Positions 40,592 to 50,664 of a stretch of 64,000 nt of DNA are shown piece by piece. Location: positions 960,001 through 1,024,000 of the forward strand of contig CBDCTZ010000016.1 of the NCBI GenBank assembly GCA_965222375.1, given 5' to 3'. This DNA is from Polyangiaceae bacterium. GTDB lineage: Bacteria; Myxococcota_A; Polyangia; Polyangiales; Polyangiaceae. Position 1 is the first letter of the stretch; the number at the start of each line of letters is the position of its first letter. The translations under genes were made by a program, and so were the position numbers. Under the pieces are notes generated by a model. That model saw nothing but the letters and a program-made list of their open reading frames with translations, ran no database searches and was not told where the DNA came from.

Positions 40592-41479
40592 GTGAAGCTA
40601 TACGCCTTTGACGAAATCGACGAGCGCCTCGAACTGCTGCCGATGGCAGCGCGCCGGGCGTTGGATGCGGTGGGGTTACGGCTCTCTCGCGAGAGCTGGC
40701 GAAGCTTGAGCCTGGCTCAGCGCGGGCAGTTGACCGAGTTGGGCGCCGCGGATGCCGTCGATACGGAGCGTGTGCGGAAGCTTTGCGACGCCGCACAGCC
40801 CAGCCCCGAGCAAGTTCCCGTTTCCAACGACGTTGCGCCGGATCATGTGCCCAGTGCCGTTCGTGAGGGGCTAGGCAGTGAGCGCCCCCTCGAGGACGCC
40901 CTCTGGGTCAGCCTGTCGCCCCTCGATCGCTACGTGCTCGCGCAGGTCGCAACCCGCAAGAACCCCGAGCGGATTGCAGGTGCCTACGCCGAAATCGTGG
41001 GAGCATCCGCCGTGTCGACCCATCTGAACGCCGCGGGCGAAGTGCGCATGGTGGGCGTCGCTGCCAAGGCGCCGACGCTGCGCAAGGCCAGCGCCGAAAG
41101 CGCCGTCAGCCTCTCCGCCGAAGGTCTGGCCCGCTTGGCCGAGGGCTCCGCGCACAAAGGCGACGTGCTGGCGACCGCGCGCATTGCTGGCATCCAAGCG
41201 GCGAAGCGCACACCGGAATGGATCCCACTGTGTCACGCCGTCGCATTGACGAAGGTGGAAGTGTCTTTGCGGCTCGAGCCAGGCGCCTCACGCTTGCACA
41301 TCATCGCAACCGCAGAGGCCCTCGACCGCACCGGCGTGGAGATCGAGGCTCTCGTCGCCGCATCTGCCGCGGCGCTCACGGTGTATGACATGCTCAAGGC
41401 CTACGATCGCGGCATGGAGCTCGGGCCAACGCGGCTCCTGTCCAAGAGCGGTGGCCGCAGTGGAGACTTTCGACGATGA
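40592..41479 (+). CDS. moaC: Cyclic pyranopterin monophosphate synthase with N-terminal nitrate-reductase-associated-like domain
   Basis: [50 protein letters not shown]-terminal [17 protein letters not shown]. Confidence 0.92.
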   Translation: MKLYAFDEIDERLELLPMAARRALDAVGLRLSRESWRSLSLAQRGQLTELGAADAVDTERVRKLCDAAQPSPEQVPVSNDVAPDHVPSAVREGLGSERPLEDALWVSLSPLDRYVLAQVATRKNPERIAGAYAEIVGASAVSTHLNAAGEVRMVGVAAKAPTLRKASAESAVSLSAEGLARLAEGSAHKGDVLATARIAGIQAAKRTPEWIPLCHAVALTKVEVSLRLEPGASRLHIIATAEALDRTGVEIEALVAASAAALTVYDMLKAYDRGMELGPTRLLSKSGGRSGDFRR

Positions 41480-41584
41480 GCCTATTCGAGATCCGAGACA
41501 TGGAGCTCGGGCCAACGCGGCTCCTGTCCAAGAGCGGTGGCCGCAGTGGAGACTCTCGACGATGAGCCTATTCCAAATCCGAGA
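41413..41584. repeat. 86-bp tandem duplication across the moaC/moaE junction
   Basis: 41413-41498 and 41499-41584, 3 mismatches. Confidence 0.95.
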
Positions 41585-42017
41585 CGAAGCCTTCTCGTCG
41601 GATGAAGTCATTGCCGCCGTGTCCCATCCGTCTGCCGGCGGCGTTGCCGTCTTCATCGGCGTCGTCCGCGACGAAAACGAAGGCCAAAAGGTCGTGCGCC
41701 TCGAATACGAGGCCTACGCCAGCATGGCCGTCAAACAGATGGCCGAGATCGGAAAAGAGATCGCCGAAGAAATCCCAGGCACACGCCTCGCAGCCGTGCA
41801 TCGCGTCGGCAGTCTCGAAATCGGCGACACCGCCATCATCTGCGCCGCCAGCGCACCCCACCGAGGCGAAGCTTTCAAAGCCTGCCGCACCCTGATCGAC
41901 CGCATCAAAGAACGCGTGCCCGTCTGGAAACGCGAACACGGCCCCGACGGCCCCTACTGGGTCGGCTGGCAAGACGCCCGCTGCGTAGCGCACGACCATC
42001 CGCACTCCCACGACTGA
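41562..42017 (+). CDS. moaE: Molybdopterin synthase catalytic subunit
   Basis: FIGVVRD, LEYEAY, HRVGSL, SAPHRGEAF, IKERVPVWKRE. Confidence 0.95.
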   Translation: MSLFQIRDEAFSSDEVIAAVSHPSAGGVAVFIGVVRDENEGQKVVRLEYEAYASMAVKQMAEIGKEIAEEIPGTRLAAVHRVGSLEIGDTAIICAASAPHRGEAFKACRTLIDRIKERVPVWKREHGPDGPYWVGWQDARCVAHDHPHSHD

Positions 42018-42586
42018 GACGCGGCGGCCTGCGGAGAACGGCGGGTTCGCGAGCCTCTTGGTTGGGTTGGGGTCGACGCGCTGCGTGATATCCGACGGAG
42101 TGCATCACAAGTGCAAACAGGGCCACTACTCTCGTGCGAGGCCTCGCACCAGCCGTGATTCAGTGTTGCGCGTGCAACTCTGAATGCGAGTTGCGCAGCA
42201 CGAACAAAGGCCAACCGGCGTTCGGCACGGCTGTGAGGCCGTCGGCGCAAACTCGTCGGTATCTGTGTCGCTTTGTGCCAATTGCGTCGCCGCCCGTAGA
42301 GGCAAAAGCTCCGGATACGCACCCGCAGGCGCTCAGAACCCAGTCAAGCACCAATGCGACGGTTTGGTGGTAAGCTCGTTACTGCTCGCGTATGCGTCGA
42401 CTCCAGAGAAGGTACCAATCAGGTCGTTTGAGCACTTGAACGACCTGGGTGCGGATCTGAGATCCGTCAGTCTCGTCTGCCACGCCCCAGTGGGAATGGT
42501 GAGGGGGAGCGAAGGGGCGCTCTTTTTGTGTCCCCGGCACAATTTCCAAGCACGTCAAGCGGCTTCTCGGCCTACACTACACGCCG

Positions 42587-43330
42587 ATGCAGTCGCCGCC
42601 TGAGCTCAACAGGCCACCGATAGTCGAGGTGGTTTGCGGGGTGCGCTTTGCACCACTTGCACTCAGTGCGCCATTGCTCGGACTGCATTGGGCAAGCCGT
42701 CGCAAGGACTATCCCGAAACGGAGGTTCGGCTAGCGATTGGAGAGTACTCCTTCACAGGAGCAGAACTCCCTCCGCAGCGCGTGTGGATGCTCTCCGAAG
42801 ATGGCTCACGCTTGGTACAAATCCAGCACGATCGCTTCTATGTTAACTGGCGAGCTAGCGGTGAAGCCTACCCGACGTTCTCGAACATCCACGCCGCGTT
42901 CAAGGTGGAATACGAGGCATTTCAGAGATTCTGTCTAGAGGAAATCCAGGCGGCACCGGACCCGCTCGAGACCGAGCTGGCGAAGATCTCTGTTTTGCGC
43001 CAATCCGAGCATTGGTCGGATTTCGCGGATTTGTGCGTCGCGCTTCCCGCGCTATCACTGGCGAGGTCGCTGCTCGAGTCGGACTACCCGAACGTCGGAG
43101 TTCAACTGAATGCTCTTCAGGGCGAGCATGTCGTACACAGCGCGATCTCGACGGGCATCGACACCGAGTCGGGAAGCCGTGTGGTCAAAATCGACAATCG
43201 GGTCAACCGTGACACCACGGGTCCGGAGTTCTTCGAGGAACTGGACACGTCCAACGCTTTGCTCAATGATCTGTTTTGTAGACTCGTGCCGAAACAGGAA
43301 ATGATCGCTAGGTTTGGAGGGAAAGTGTAA
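42587..43330 (+). CDS. TIGR04255-family protein
   Basis: PPIVEVVCGVRF, RVWMLSEDGSRLVQIQHDRFYVNWR, YPTF. Confidence 0.8.
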   Translation: MQSPPELNRPPIVEVVCGVRFAPLALSAPLLGLHWASRRKDYPETEVRLAIGEYSFTGAELPPQRVWMLSEDGSRLVQIQHDRFYVNWRASGEAYPTFSNIHAAFKVEYEAFQRFCLEEIQAAPDPLETELAKISVLRQSEHWSDFADLCVALPALSLARSLLESDYPNVGVQLNALQGEHVVHSAISTGIDTESGSRVVKIDNRVNRDTTGPEFFEELDTSNALLNDLFCRLVPKQEMIARFGGKV

Positions 43331-43797
43331 TGGAGGCTGCGCAGCAAGAAACCGGTTCAAGCGCGTGGACGCACGTCCGCCCAACGCCAGTGAAACGTGG
43401 GATGGCTGTGTCCCCCGAGCCCCGTCAATCGGTTCGCGATTGGAAGGTCTACGTGCCTCAGCAGCTCCGCAACCAAGAGTGGTCGCTCGGCGAGGAGCTT
43501 TTCGCCGCCCTGGCAGAGCATGAGCCGCAGAGCTTGGTTCGGCTTGTTGAGTCTGGCGCGCTGGATCGCGTCGACCTCAGCTTTGCTTTGGAGGCGCTCG
43601 GAAAAGCTGGTGCGGCATACGAGCAGGTGCTGATCTCCAAGCTAACGCATAGCCAGGCCGTGGTGAGGGAGGGTGCGGTGTACGGGCTTGCAGAGCTCGA
43701 AGGAGAGCGGGTCAGGCAGACACTGCTGCGTGCGGCCCAGAACGACAGCAGCCCGGGCGTTCGCGCGGCGGCGGAACAGGTGCTAGCCGGGTTGTAG
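43330..43797 (+). CDS. HEAT-repeat-containing protein
   Basis: ALEALG, VVREGAVYGLAEL, DSSPGVRAAAEQVL; TAATG overlap with the upstream gene. Confidence 0.72.
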   Translation: MEAAQQETGSSAWTHVRPTPVKRGMAVSPEPRQSVRDWKVYVPQQLRNQEWSLGEELFAALAEHEPQSLVRLVESGALDRVDLSFALEALGKAGAAYEQVLISKLTHSQAVVREGAVYGLAELEGERVRQTLLRAAQNDSSPGVRAAAEQVLAGL

Positions 43798-43800
43798 TAG

Positions 43801-44280
43801 ATGAAAGTCGCGCGAATTGGGCGCCGTCGCACAGTCTGGGAAGGGGGCTATGCACCGTCTGAGATCGCGCGTTCGGAGTTTCATGGTTACCCTGAACTCT
43901 CCGTCTACGAAGTGAGCTCAGACGAACGCGCGCAGATGCACGCGGAGCATGGGGCGTCCACGTTGAATCGACCACGCATGCCCTTCTACGCGTTGCTTCT
44001 GGACGGCTTCGGGACGTTGCGACTCGAGCCTGGTGACACGGAGTTCGATTTTACGCGGCAGCGTCATCGGTTGGTGCAGTTCAACAACGACGACGAGTTC
44101 CATCGTTGCATTCGTGCCGTCCAAATCGACGGTAGCCGGATAGAAGAGACCCAGCGCGAGCGCGTTGCGCGCCACGTCGTTTCCGCAATCGAGAGCAACA
44201 GCTCCGAGTGGCTGAGTTGCAAGAACCTAAAAGGTTGGAAGAAGTGGGCGGAGAAGACTTTGAATCCCAATCCGGGATAA
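43801..44280 (+). CDS. Hypothetical protein, possible ART-like toxin
   Basis: Starts 3 bp after the previous stop; R...W...LSVY...PGDT...H pattern. Confidence 0.55.
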   Translation: MKVARIGRRRTVWEGGYAPSEIARSEFHGYPELSVYEVSSDERAQMHAEHGASTLNRPRMPFYALLLDGFGTLRLEPGDTEFDFTRQRHRLVQFNNDDEFHRCIRAVQIDGSRIEETQRERVARHVVSAIESNSSEWLSCKNLKGWKKWAEKTLNPNPG

Positions 44281-44425
44281 CCGCCCCGACCTGCATAGGC
44301 TGTCCGGTACCCGGCTCGCTGGGTCCCAGCGTTCTCTCTTCGCTCCGCGATGAACCGTCGATGACGTCAGTTTCCGGCACATCCCCCAAAGAACATCGCC
44401 CCAACGTCGCGACCCCAAAACAACC

Positions 44426-45589
44426 TCAAGTCGCCAAGGCGCTCCGCCGCGATTCCAACCAGGCAAAACCCGCGGCGGCCAGCAATGCGGCTCCAGCTGC
44501 GGTGAGGTAGGCGGCGGGATAGCCCGCGACGTCGATGATCAGGCCGAAGCTGGGGCCACCGGCGAGCACGCCGACGTGGAACAACGCCGTGAAGGCGGTC
44601 ATGGCGGCGCCGCGTTCGCTGGGTCGCGCGCGGGCCGCCACCAAGCCGGCAAGGATCGGAAAGGCGAAGCCATGCCCGATACCGCACAGCACCCCTGCCA
44701 CCACGATGCTCGCCGTCGAGGTATCTGCGGCCAGCAGCGTGAGTCCGACGGCCAAAGCAAACACCGAAGGATACAGCGTACGAACTGCACCCACGCGATC
44801 GGGCACCCAGCCGAGGGTGACCCGTAGCAGGACTGCCGCACAGGCGAAGGCGCTGAAAAAGGTGCCGACGTTGCCGCTCTTCTCGGCGAGCATGTAGGTC
44901 TTGAGGAAGATGAAGAGGGTCGACAGCGCCGTGGCGAACACGACTCCGAGAAACCAGATCGGGATCAAATTCGGTTCGCGCAGCGTGGTCAAGAAACCGC
45001 GTGCGGGCAACATGTCGGCGGGTTGCTTCGCATCGCGCAGGGGCAGAGACACGAGCAGCGCCACCACGCCCACGATGACCGTGAACCAGAACAGTGCGCC
45101 GTAGCCCCAGCGGCTGACGATCATGTCGCCTAGCGCGCCCGCCAATGCAACAGGAAGCAGCCCCGAGACGCCGAACAGCGCGATGCCTTCGGTGCGCCGA
45201 TCTTCGGGCACGATGTCCGCGGCGTAGGTGAACACCGCGGAGAACAACATGCCCTCCGCAATGCCGTGCACGGCGCGCACGACGTAGACCCAGGGGCCCA
45301 TCTTGTCGATGGTCAGGTACGCCGCGCACACGGCAATGTGAACCACGGAGCCGAACAAGATGATGAAGCGTCGGCCGTGGCGATCCATGGCGCGACCCAC
45401 GAAAGGACGCGACGCCAAGGCGGCGATGGCCAAGAACGAAAACGCCGAGCCGATGTCGACGCTGCTTGCGCCCAAGCTCTCCAAGAAGCCCGACAGATGC
45501 ACATAGCTGTGCAGCGCCAAGGAGTGCGCGAAGCTCGCGATCCACGCGAGCACGAACATGTGAGACAGAAGAGGAGTGCGGGACGGCAC
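44426..45589 (-). CDS. MFS transporter
   Basis: GRAMDRHGRR motif A, GWVPDRVG repeat, about 12 hydrophobic segments; start uncertain. Confidence 0.9.
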   Translation of the reverse strand: MPSRTPLLSHMFVLAWIASFAHSLALHSYVHLSGFLESLGASSVDIGSAFSFLAIAALASRPFVGRAMDRHGRRFIILFGSVVHIAVCAAYLTIDKMGPWVYVVRAVHGIAEGMLFSAVFTYAADIVPEDRRTEGIALFGVSGLLPVALAGALGDMIVSRWGYGALFWFTVIVGVVALLVSLPLRDAKQPADMLPARGFLTTLREPNLIPIWFLGVVFATALSTLFIFLKTYMLAEKSGNVGTFFSAFACAAVLLRVTLGWVPDRVGAVRTLYPSVFALAVGLTLLAADTSTASIVVAGVLCGIGHGFAFPILAGLVAARARPSERGAAMTAFTALFHVGVLAGGPSFGLIIDVAGYPAAYLTAAGAALLAAAGFAWLESRRSALAT

Positions 45590-45733
45590 GGTGACCAGTG
45601 TGGTGTCGAGGTTCGGAAACCGGCAGACCCTACAGTGCAACTGCAAACTTGTATTGCAGCTGCAATATCCCGCTCGGAAACCGCTCCTTCACGCCTGCCA
45701 CAACAGCTGTCGACGCGCTAATCTTCGCTCACC

Positions 45734-46339
45734 ATGCGCGGCTGGGGAATTGGGACGATTGCAGCGTTTTCGTTGCTCGGCGGTTGCGACGGTGCGCCTC
45801 GCGAAACTGGGGAAAAGCAAGAGCCCGCAACGCAAAAGCAAGCGTCGGTGTCGGCGCCTGCCAAACCAGCGCCGACGGTGGTGGCTCGCCCGAACTTTGG
45901 CGGCTCCGTGCACTCGGAGGCCCTCGCGGCACTACCTGCTTCCGAGCGCGAAAAAGTCGCTGCTTCGCCGGTGCCGGTGTTGGTGCCCAAAGACGCCGCG
46001 TGGCTCCCGAAGTTGGTGATCACCACGGGGCCACATTGGTTCGCCTTCAGTGTCACTCAGGATGGCGTTACGGTGAGCGTGCACGCGACCCGCGTGGCGC
46101 ACGTGCATCCGGACATGCCCGCCAAGAAGCCGGATCGGGACCTGCGCAAGACGAAGGGGTTCGTGGGTCAGAACGAACTGATTTGGAACGCGTCTTGGCA
46201 GGAGCGGGAGGTTGCCTACTCCCTCGACGTGGAGTGCGCTGTGACTGCGGATGCGCGCTGCGCCGATGACAAGTTTCTGATCGAGATGGCGGAAAGCCTG
46301 GTGTACGTCGGCGGCAACCCAAAGAGCGCGGAGCCATGA
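45734..46339 (+). CDS. Lipoprotein coupled to the M23 peptidase
   Basis: Lipobox LGGC; ATGA overlap with the next gene. Confidence 0.78.
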   Translation: MRGWGIGTIAAFSLLGGCDGAPRETGEKQEPATQKQASVSAPAKPAPTVVARPNFGGSVHSEALAALPASEREKVAASPVPVLVPKDAAWLPKLVITTGPHWFAFSVTQDGVTVSVHATRVAHVHPDMPAKKPDRDLRKTKGFVGQNELIWNASWQEREVAYSLDVECAVTADARCADDKFLIEMAESLVYVGGNPKSAEP

Positions 46340-47700
46340 AGCACGCTCTAGCCGCCGCGTCCCTCTTTTGCGCTGCCAGCTTGTGCGGCTCCGCGTCGCT
46401 CGCCGCGCCGTTTTCATATCAACCCCCGGGCCAATTGGTGGCGGGCTCGGGCACCGGCCGCGTCGACAACAAAGTGTACGTGCCCGGCATGCGCTTCCCC
46501 ATCGAACTCGCGCCGGCCTTTCTCAACTCCCAGGTTTGGGGCGTCGGTGGTTCTCAAGGTCCGTCGGGTTCTCAATGCGACTCGAAGAACTTTTCCTACC
46601 CCTGGTGGGACAACTATTGCGAAAAGCGCAGCTGGAAGATGCCGCTGTGCCCGTCGGGCACGGGGCACCAAGGCCAGGACATCCGCGCTTCGAGCTGCGA
46701 CAAGAACAAGCATTGGGTCGTCGCTACCGTAGACGGGAAGATCACCAGCATCGGTAGCTACTCCGTGTATCTCACGGCCAACGACGGCACAATTCACCGC
46801 TTTTTGCACATGGGCAGCGTGCAGGTGAGTACCGGTCAATCCATCAAGAAGGGCACCCGCGTCGGCAAAGTCAGCAACGCCTTCGGCGGCACGCCAACGA
46901 CGGTGCACTTGCACTTCGACCTGAAGCAGAACGTCTCGGGTGTCGGCAGCGTCTACGTGCCGACTTACATGTCGCTGATCAAAGGCTACGAAGCATTGAT
47001 TGGCCCCGTTGCTCCAGCGATGGCCGCGAAGTTGACGGGACAGCGCTCGGACGCGGTCCCGGATCCCGATGGCGTCGCCGACTATCGCGTGTGCACTGGC
47101 CAGCCCATTCGCATGTGGTTCCAGCTGGAGAACACTGGCACCCTGCCGTGGACGGACGTGGGCGGCGCGTCCGATGGGCAGAGCGTGCGCCTCGGCGTGC
47201 CAGGTGACACCAAGGATCCGTTGACCGGTACCTCGCGCATTAGCGTCAATGAGAACTTGAATGTCGACGTCGTCCCTGCATCTGCAAGCCCAGCCGGTCC
47301 CGACTGCTACGACAACAAGGGCTGCCGCCGTACCGAGTTCACCAAAGATGGCATCCTGGCCGCCGCACCCGCGACGCCGGGCATCGTCGAATCCAAATGG
47401 CAGCTGGTCGACGAGTTACGCCAGTGGTTCGGCCCCACCTTGAGCATGAGTTTCAACGTGGTCGAGTGCCTAGGTGGGCTCGACAGCGGCTCCTGGGGTG
47501 ATGGCTCCGTGCTTGGCACCGGTGGCGGCAGCGGAAGTGGCGCGGGTGGTGGCAGTGCACAAACGACCCAGCGTCTCAGTCAGGGTGAAGAGGGTTGCGG
47601 CTGTCGTGTTCCTGCTAGTGGCGGGTCGCCAATGGGGCGATTTGCGTGGCTACTTGCACTAACTGCGTTGCTTCGGCGGCGTCGCGCGCGTCGAAGCTGA
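46336..47700 (+). CDS. M23 metallopeptidase with Ig-like domain and MYXO-CTERM sorting signal
   Basis: HQGQD and HLH zinc motifs; ENTGTLPW domain; GCGCRV...WLLALTALLRRRR tail. Confidence 0.87.
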   Translation: MKHALAAASLFCAASLCGSASLAAPFSYQPPGQLVAGSGTGRVDNKVYVPGMRFPIELAPAFLNSQVWGVGGSQGPSGSQCDSKNFSYPWWDNYCEKRSWKMPLCPSGTGHQGQDIRASSCDKNKHWVVATVDGKITSIGSYSVYLTANDGTIHRFLHMGSVQVSTGQSIKKGTRVGKVSNAFGGTPTTVHLHFDLKQNVSGVGSVYVPTYMSLIKGYEALIGPVAPAMAAKLTGQRSDAVPDPDGVADYRVCTGQPIRMWFQLENTGTLPWTDVGGASDGQSVRLGVPGDTKDPLTGTSRISVNENLNVDVVPASASPAGPDCYDNKGCRRTEFTKDGILAAAPATPGIVESKWQLVDELRQWFGPTLSMSFNVVECLGGLDSGSWGDGSVLGTGGGSGSGAGGGSAQTTQRLSQGEEGCGCRVPASGGSPMGRFAWLLALTALLRRRRARRS

Positions 47701-47952
47701 TAGGGCTGGAACCGACGCGGGCGACTCGGGCGGGGGGCGTCTCGTGGGTGGATCTCTCCTCCGAATCAGTGTTGCCGTGGCAACGCTGAATTCGAGTGGA
47801 TGCAGGGTGGGATGGGGCTGGGCGGGGGCCGCGAAAGCAACGTACACCTCGCGAGCAATAGAACACTGCCCGATTCCGCATGTTGAACAACCGATTGCGT
47901 GCTGGTAAAGCCCGCGTGAGTTGCCAACGCCGAAGTAAGGAGAAGTGAACCC

Positions 47953-48570
47953 ATGCGTGCTCGACTAGCCCTCACGAGATGCTCTTCGTTGGTCTCACTC
48001 GCACTGTCCGCGAGTTTGTTCGCTGCCTGCGGGAGCAGTGGCGGCGGAGGGGGAGGCGCCACTGGCGGAGGAGGTGGAATCGCGGCAGCAGGTGGCGGCT
48101 CCGTCACGAATTGTCCTGCGCGGTGTCAAGCCGTAGCAGCTCAGTGCGGGCAGGATCCTGCAGCGTGCGGTCAGGTGTGCGCGACCGTTAGCGAGAAGGA
48201 ACTCAGCTGCAGCGAGACGTCGAACTGCGACCAGGCTGCCTACGAGACATGCGTTCTCGCTGGCACCGGCGGCACGTCAGGTGGCGGTGGCACTTCCGGT
48301 AGCGGGGGGGCCCCGGGGGGAGGTGGCACATCGGGCAGTAGCGGCGCGGGTGCGGGTGGCGGAAACGGATGCGGGACACCCGGTGGGACCTTTGCGTGTG
48401 GTTCGACACAGTGCCGCCTCGACGACCAATTCTGCATTGGCGATTCGTTGTGCATCAACTTCGATGGCTGTCCAAGCTGCAATAGCCCCAGCATCAACGC
48501 GTGCGGGGCTGGGAAATCGCCAACCTGCACTGGAAGCCCAAGCACTGGCATTCGGGTCAGCTGCAACTGA
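47953..48570 (+). CDS. Gly/Cys-rich lipoprotein
   Basis: Lipobox FAAC; two Cys-rich modules separated by Gly linkers. Confidence 0.78.
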   Translation: MRARLALTRCSSLVSLALSASLFAACGSSGGGGGGATGGGGGIAAAGGGSVTNCPARCQAVAAQCGQDPAACGQVCATVSEKELSCSETSNCDQAAYETCVLAGTGGTSGGGGTSGSGGAPGGGGTSGSSGAGAGGGNGCGTPGGTFACGSTQCRLDDQFCIGDSLCINFDGCPSCNSPSINACGAGKSPTCTGSPSTGIRVSCN

Positions 48571-48635
48571 CCGAGCCACGCTTCGCCAGTTACTCTAGGT
48601 TGTTGGGGGTCGGTTCGCGTTCTCTCCCAGGGGCA

Positions 48636-49259
48636 CTACTCCCGCTCTTCCCCACCCGCCGCGTCCGCGGCGCGATCCTCGGGGGTGTCCCAATCCCGCA
48701 GCTCTGCATCCGGAAGCTCGATCGGGGTCGCGTCGAGCTCATTGATGAGTCGCTGGAGAGACAGAGCGCCGCCCTCCAAGCGAGCTTGTGCGGTTGCAAG
48801 GCACGCACCGGGCGCGTAACGGGCAACGAGGGGCTCCCAAATCTCCCCGCGCCGCGGCGCAACGACGCCAGCCGTCGCCGAATGCGCTGCCAGCGACGCG
48901 ATGGACCTTCGCGACAGATACGGCAGATCGCACGCGAGGGCGTAGACATGCGCAAAGCCGCGTAATTGTCCCGCCGCGAGCAGTGCCACCAAGCCGCCGA
49001 GGGGGCCTTGGCCGGTGCGTGCATCTTCGATGACCGTCAGGGGCACGCTGGCGTAGGCGGACTGTTTGCCTACCAGCACCATATCGGCCTCGGGCAGAGC
49101 GGCGCGTGCTTCTGTGGCCAGGCGCTCGAGCAGCGTTTGCTCTTGGTTGGGTGCTGGCAACATCCCTTTGGCCGAACCGCCCATGCGTGAGCTGCGGCCG
49201 CCGACAAAAATCCCGACGAGCGCCCTCCCTGGAGCCTCAGATCCGCCTTCGCCGCTCAC
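48636..49259 (-). CDS. mobA: Molybdenum cofactor guanylyltransferase
   Basis: VGGRSSRMGGSAKG, GPLGG, ACDLPY, EPLVARY, DTPED. Confidence 0.9.
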   Translation of the reverse strand: MSGEGGSEAPGRALVGIFVGGRSSRMGGSAKGMLPAPNQEQTLLERLATEARAALPEADMVLVGKQSAYASVPLTVIEDARTGQGPLGGLVALLAAGQLRGFAHVYALACDLPYLSRRSIASLAAHSATAGVVAPRRGEIWEPLVARYAPGACLATAQARLEGGALSLQRLINELDATPIELPDAELRDWDTPEDRAADAAGGEERE

Positions 49260-50449
49260 AGCTCCGCCAAGGGGATCGTATCCACCACGGATCCAGCGGG
49301 GAGATGCTCTGCGTCGTGGGGTACGTCGATCAGAGCATCTGCCCGGGCCATGCTCACCGGAGAGCCTGAAGCCTGGTTCGTCATGGGTTCAACGCCGCCA
49401 TCGTCCTGGTAGCGACCGCGACTGAATGCGCGGCGACCTGGCTTCTGACGGATCTCGTGCAGCAACTTCGCCCTCCGGCGGCGAGGCAGCGCGGTGGCGT
49501 CCTGCTGCAGGCTGCGTAGCAGCGGCGCGCCGAACAATGTGAAGGTGACCTGGGCGCTGACGGGATTGCCCGGAAGTCCGAAGATGAGAGTCTTGCCGAT
49601 TCGACCGAAAGCCAGAGGTTTGCCGGGTTTGATCCGCACCTTGTAAAAGTCGAGGGTCGCGCCGAGGGACTCCAAGGCGGGTCGGACGACGTCGTGGTCG
49701 CCCACACTCACGCCGCCAACGGTGAGCAGCACGTCGGCTCCCGTCACGGCTTGCTCCAGCAGCTGCTTGGTGGCGTTCATGTCGTCGGGTGCGAGCGGAG
49801 CTAGTAGAGGCTCGCAGCCGACTTGGCGGATCAAGCCGGACAGTGCGTAGCCGTTGGACTCGGGAATGCTACCCGGCCGCGCGCGAGATCCCGGCGGACG
49901 CAGCTCGTCGCCGGTGCAGACGATGACCACTCGAGGGCGGCGACTGACCAAGACGCTCATTCGGTCGAGGGCGGCGATGAGCCCGATGCAGCCTGCACTC
50001 AGGCGTGTGCCCGAGGTCAACGCCGCGGTGTTCTCTTCGAGGTCTTCACCTTTGCGGCGTACGTGGTTGAAGGCTGGGGGCTCGCTCGAAAACGTGGCCG
50101 TGTTGCCTTGGCGCTCGACGTTTTCCTGCATCACGACCGCGTCTGCGCCATCGGGCAGCTGAGCGCCCGTGAAGATCCTGCACGTGGTGCCGGGCTCGAG
50201 GGTTGGTGCTGGATGCCCAGTTTGACTTTCGCCAACTACTGGCAGGGCAAGCGGACCGTCGCCATTGAAATCTGCGATGCGCACGGCGTAGCCATCCATT
50301 GCGCTGTAGTCGAAGGCGGGCATTGCCGTGTGTGCGATCAAGTCCTCCCGCAGCACACGCCCGAGCGCGCTGACTAGCTCCACGCGTTCAGTGCCGATGG
50401 GTGTGGCTGCGGCCAGCACTTTTTGCAGGGCGTCGTCGAAAGCGAGCAT
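49256..50449 (-). CDS. moeA: Molybdopterin molybdotransferase
   Basis: SAMDGYA, RIFTGA, TGDEL, GGVSVGDHD, KPGKP, GLPGNPVS; start uncertain (50449-50467). Confidence 0.95.
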   Translation of the reverse strand: MLAFDDALQKVLAAATPIGTERVELVSALGRVLREDLIAHTAMPAFDYSAMDGYAVRIADFNGDGPLALPVVGESQTGHPAPTLEPGTTCRIFTGAQLPDGADAVVMQENVERQGNTATFSSEPPAFNHVRRKGEDLEENTAALTSGTRLSAGCIGLIAALDRMSVLVSRRPRVVIVCTGDELRPPGSRARPGSIPESNGYALSGLIRQVGCEPLLAPLAPDDMNATKQLLEQAVTGADVLLTVGGVSVGDHDVVRPALESLGATLDFYKVRIKPGKPLAFGRIGKTLIFGLPGNPVSAQVTFTLFGAPLLRSLQQDATALPRRRRAKLLHEIRQKPGRRAFSRGRYQDDGGVEPMTNQASGSPVSMARADALIDVPHDAEHLPAGSVVDTIPLAEL

Positions 50450-50664
50450 GACGGGCAGCATAGTCAATGCTCGGCAGATTCAGAGTGCTGTGACAAAAGC
50501 GCGACGACGCGCGTTCACGAACGCCCAAATCCAGTTTCTGGGTCCCGATTTGCCGATTTCACGAAACTGCGGCGTTTTTTGGCCGAATTCGTGGCGTTCC
50601 GCTCTCGTCAAAGGAATGGGCACGCGAGTTGCTCCTAGCAGGTCTGGATCGCATGATTGAACCA

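Noticed and set aside
42018..42586. Short ORFs between moaE and the TIGR04255 gene
   Set aside because: No convincing frame, start signal or motif.
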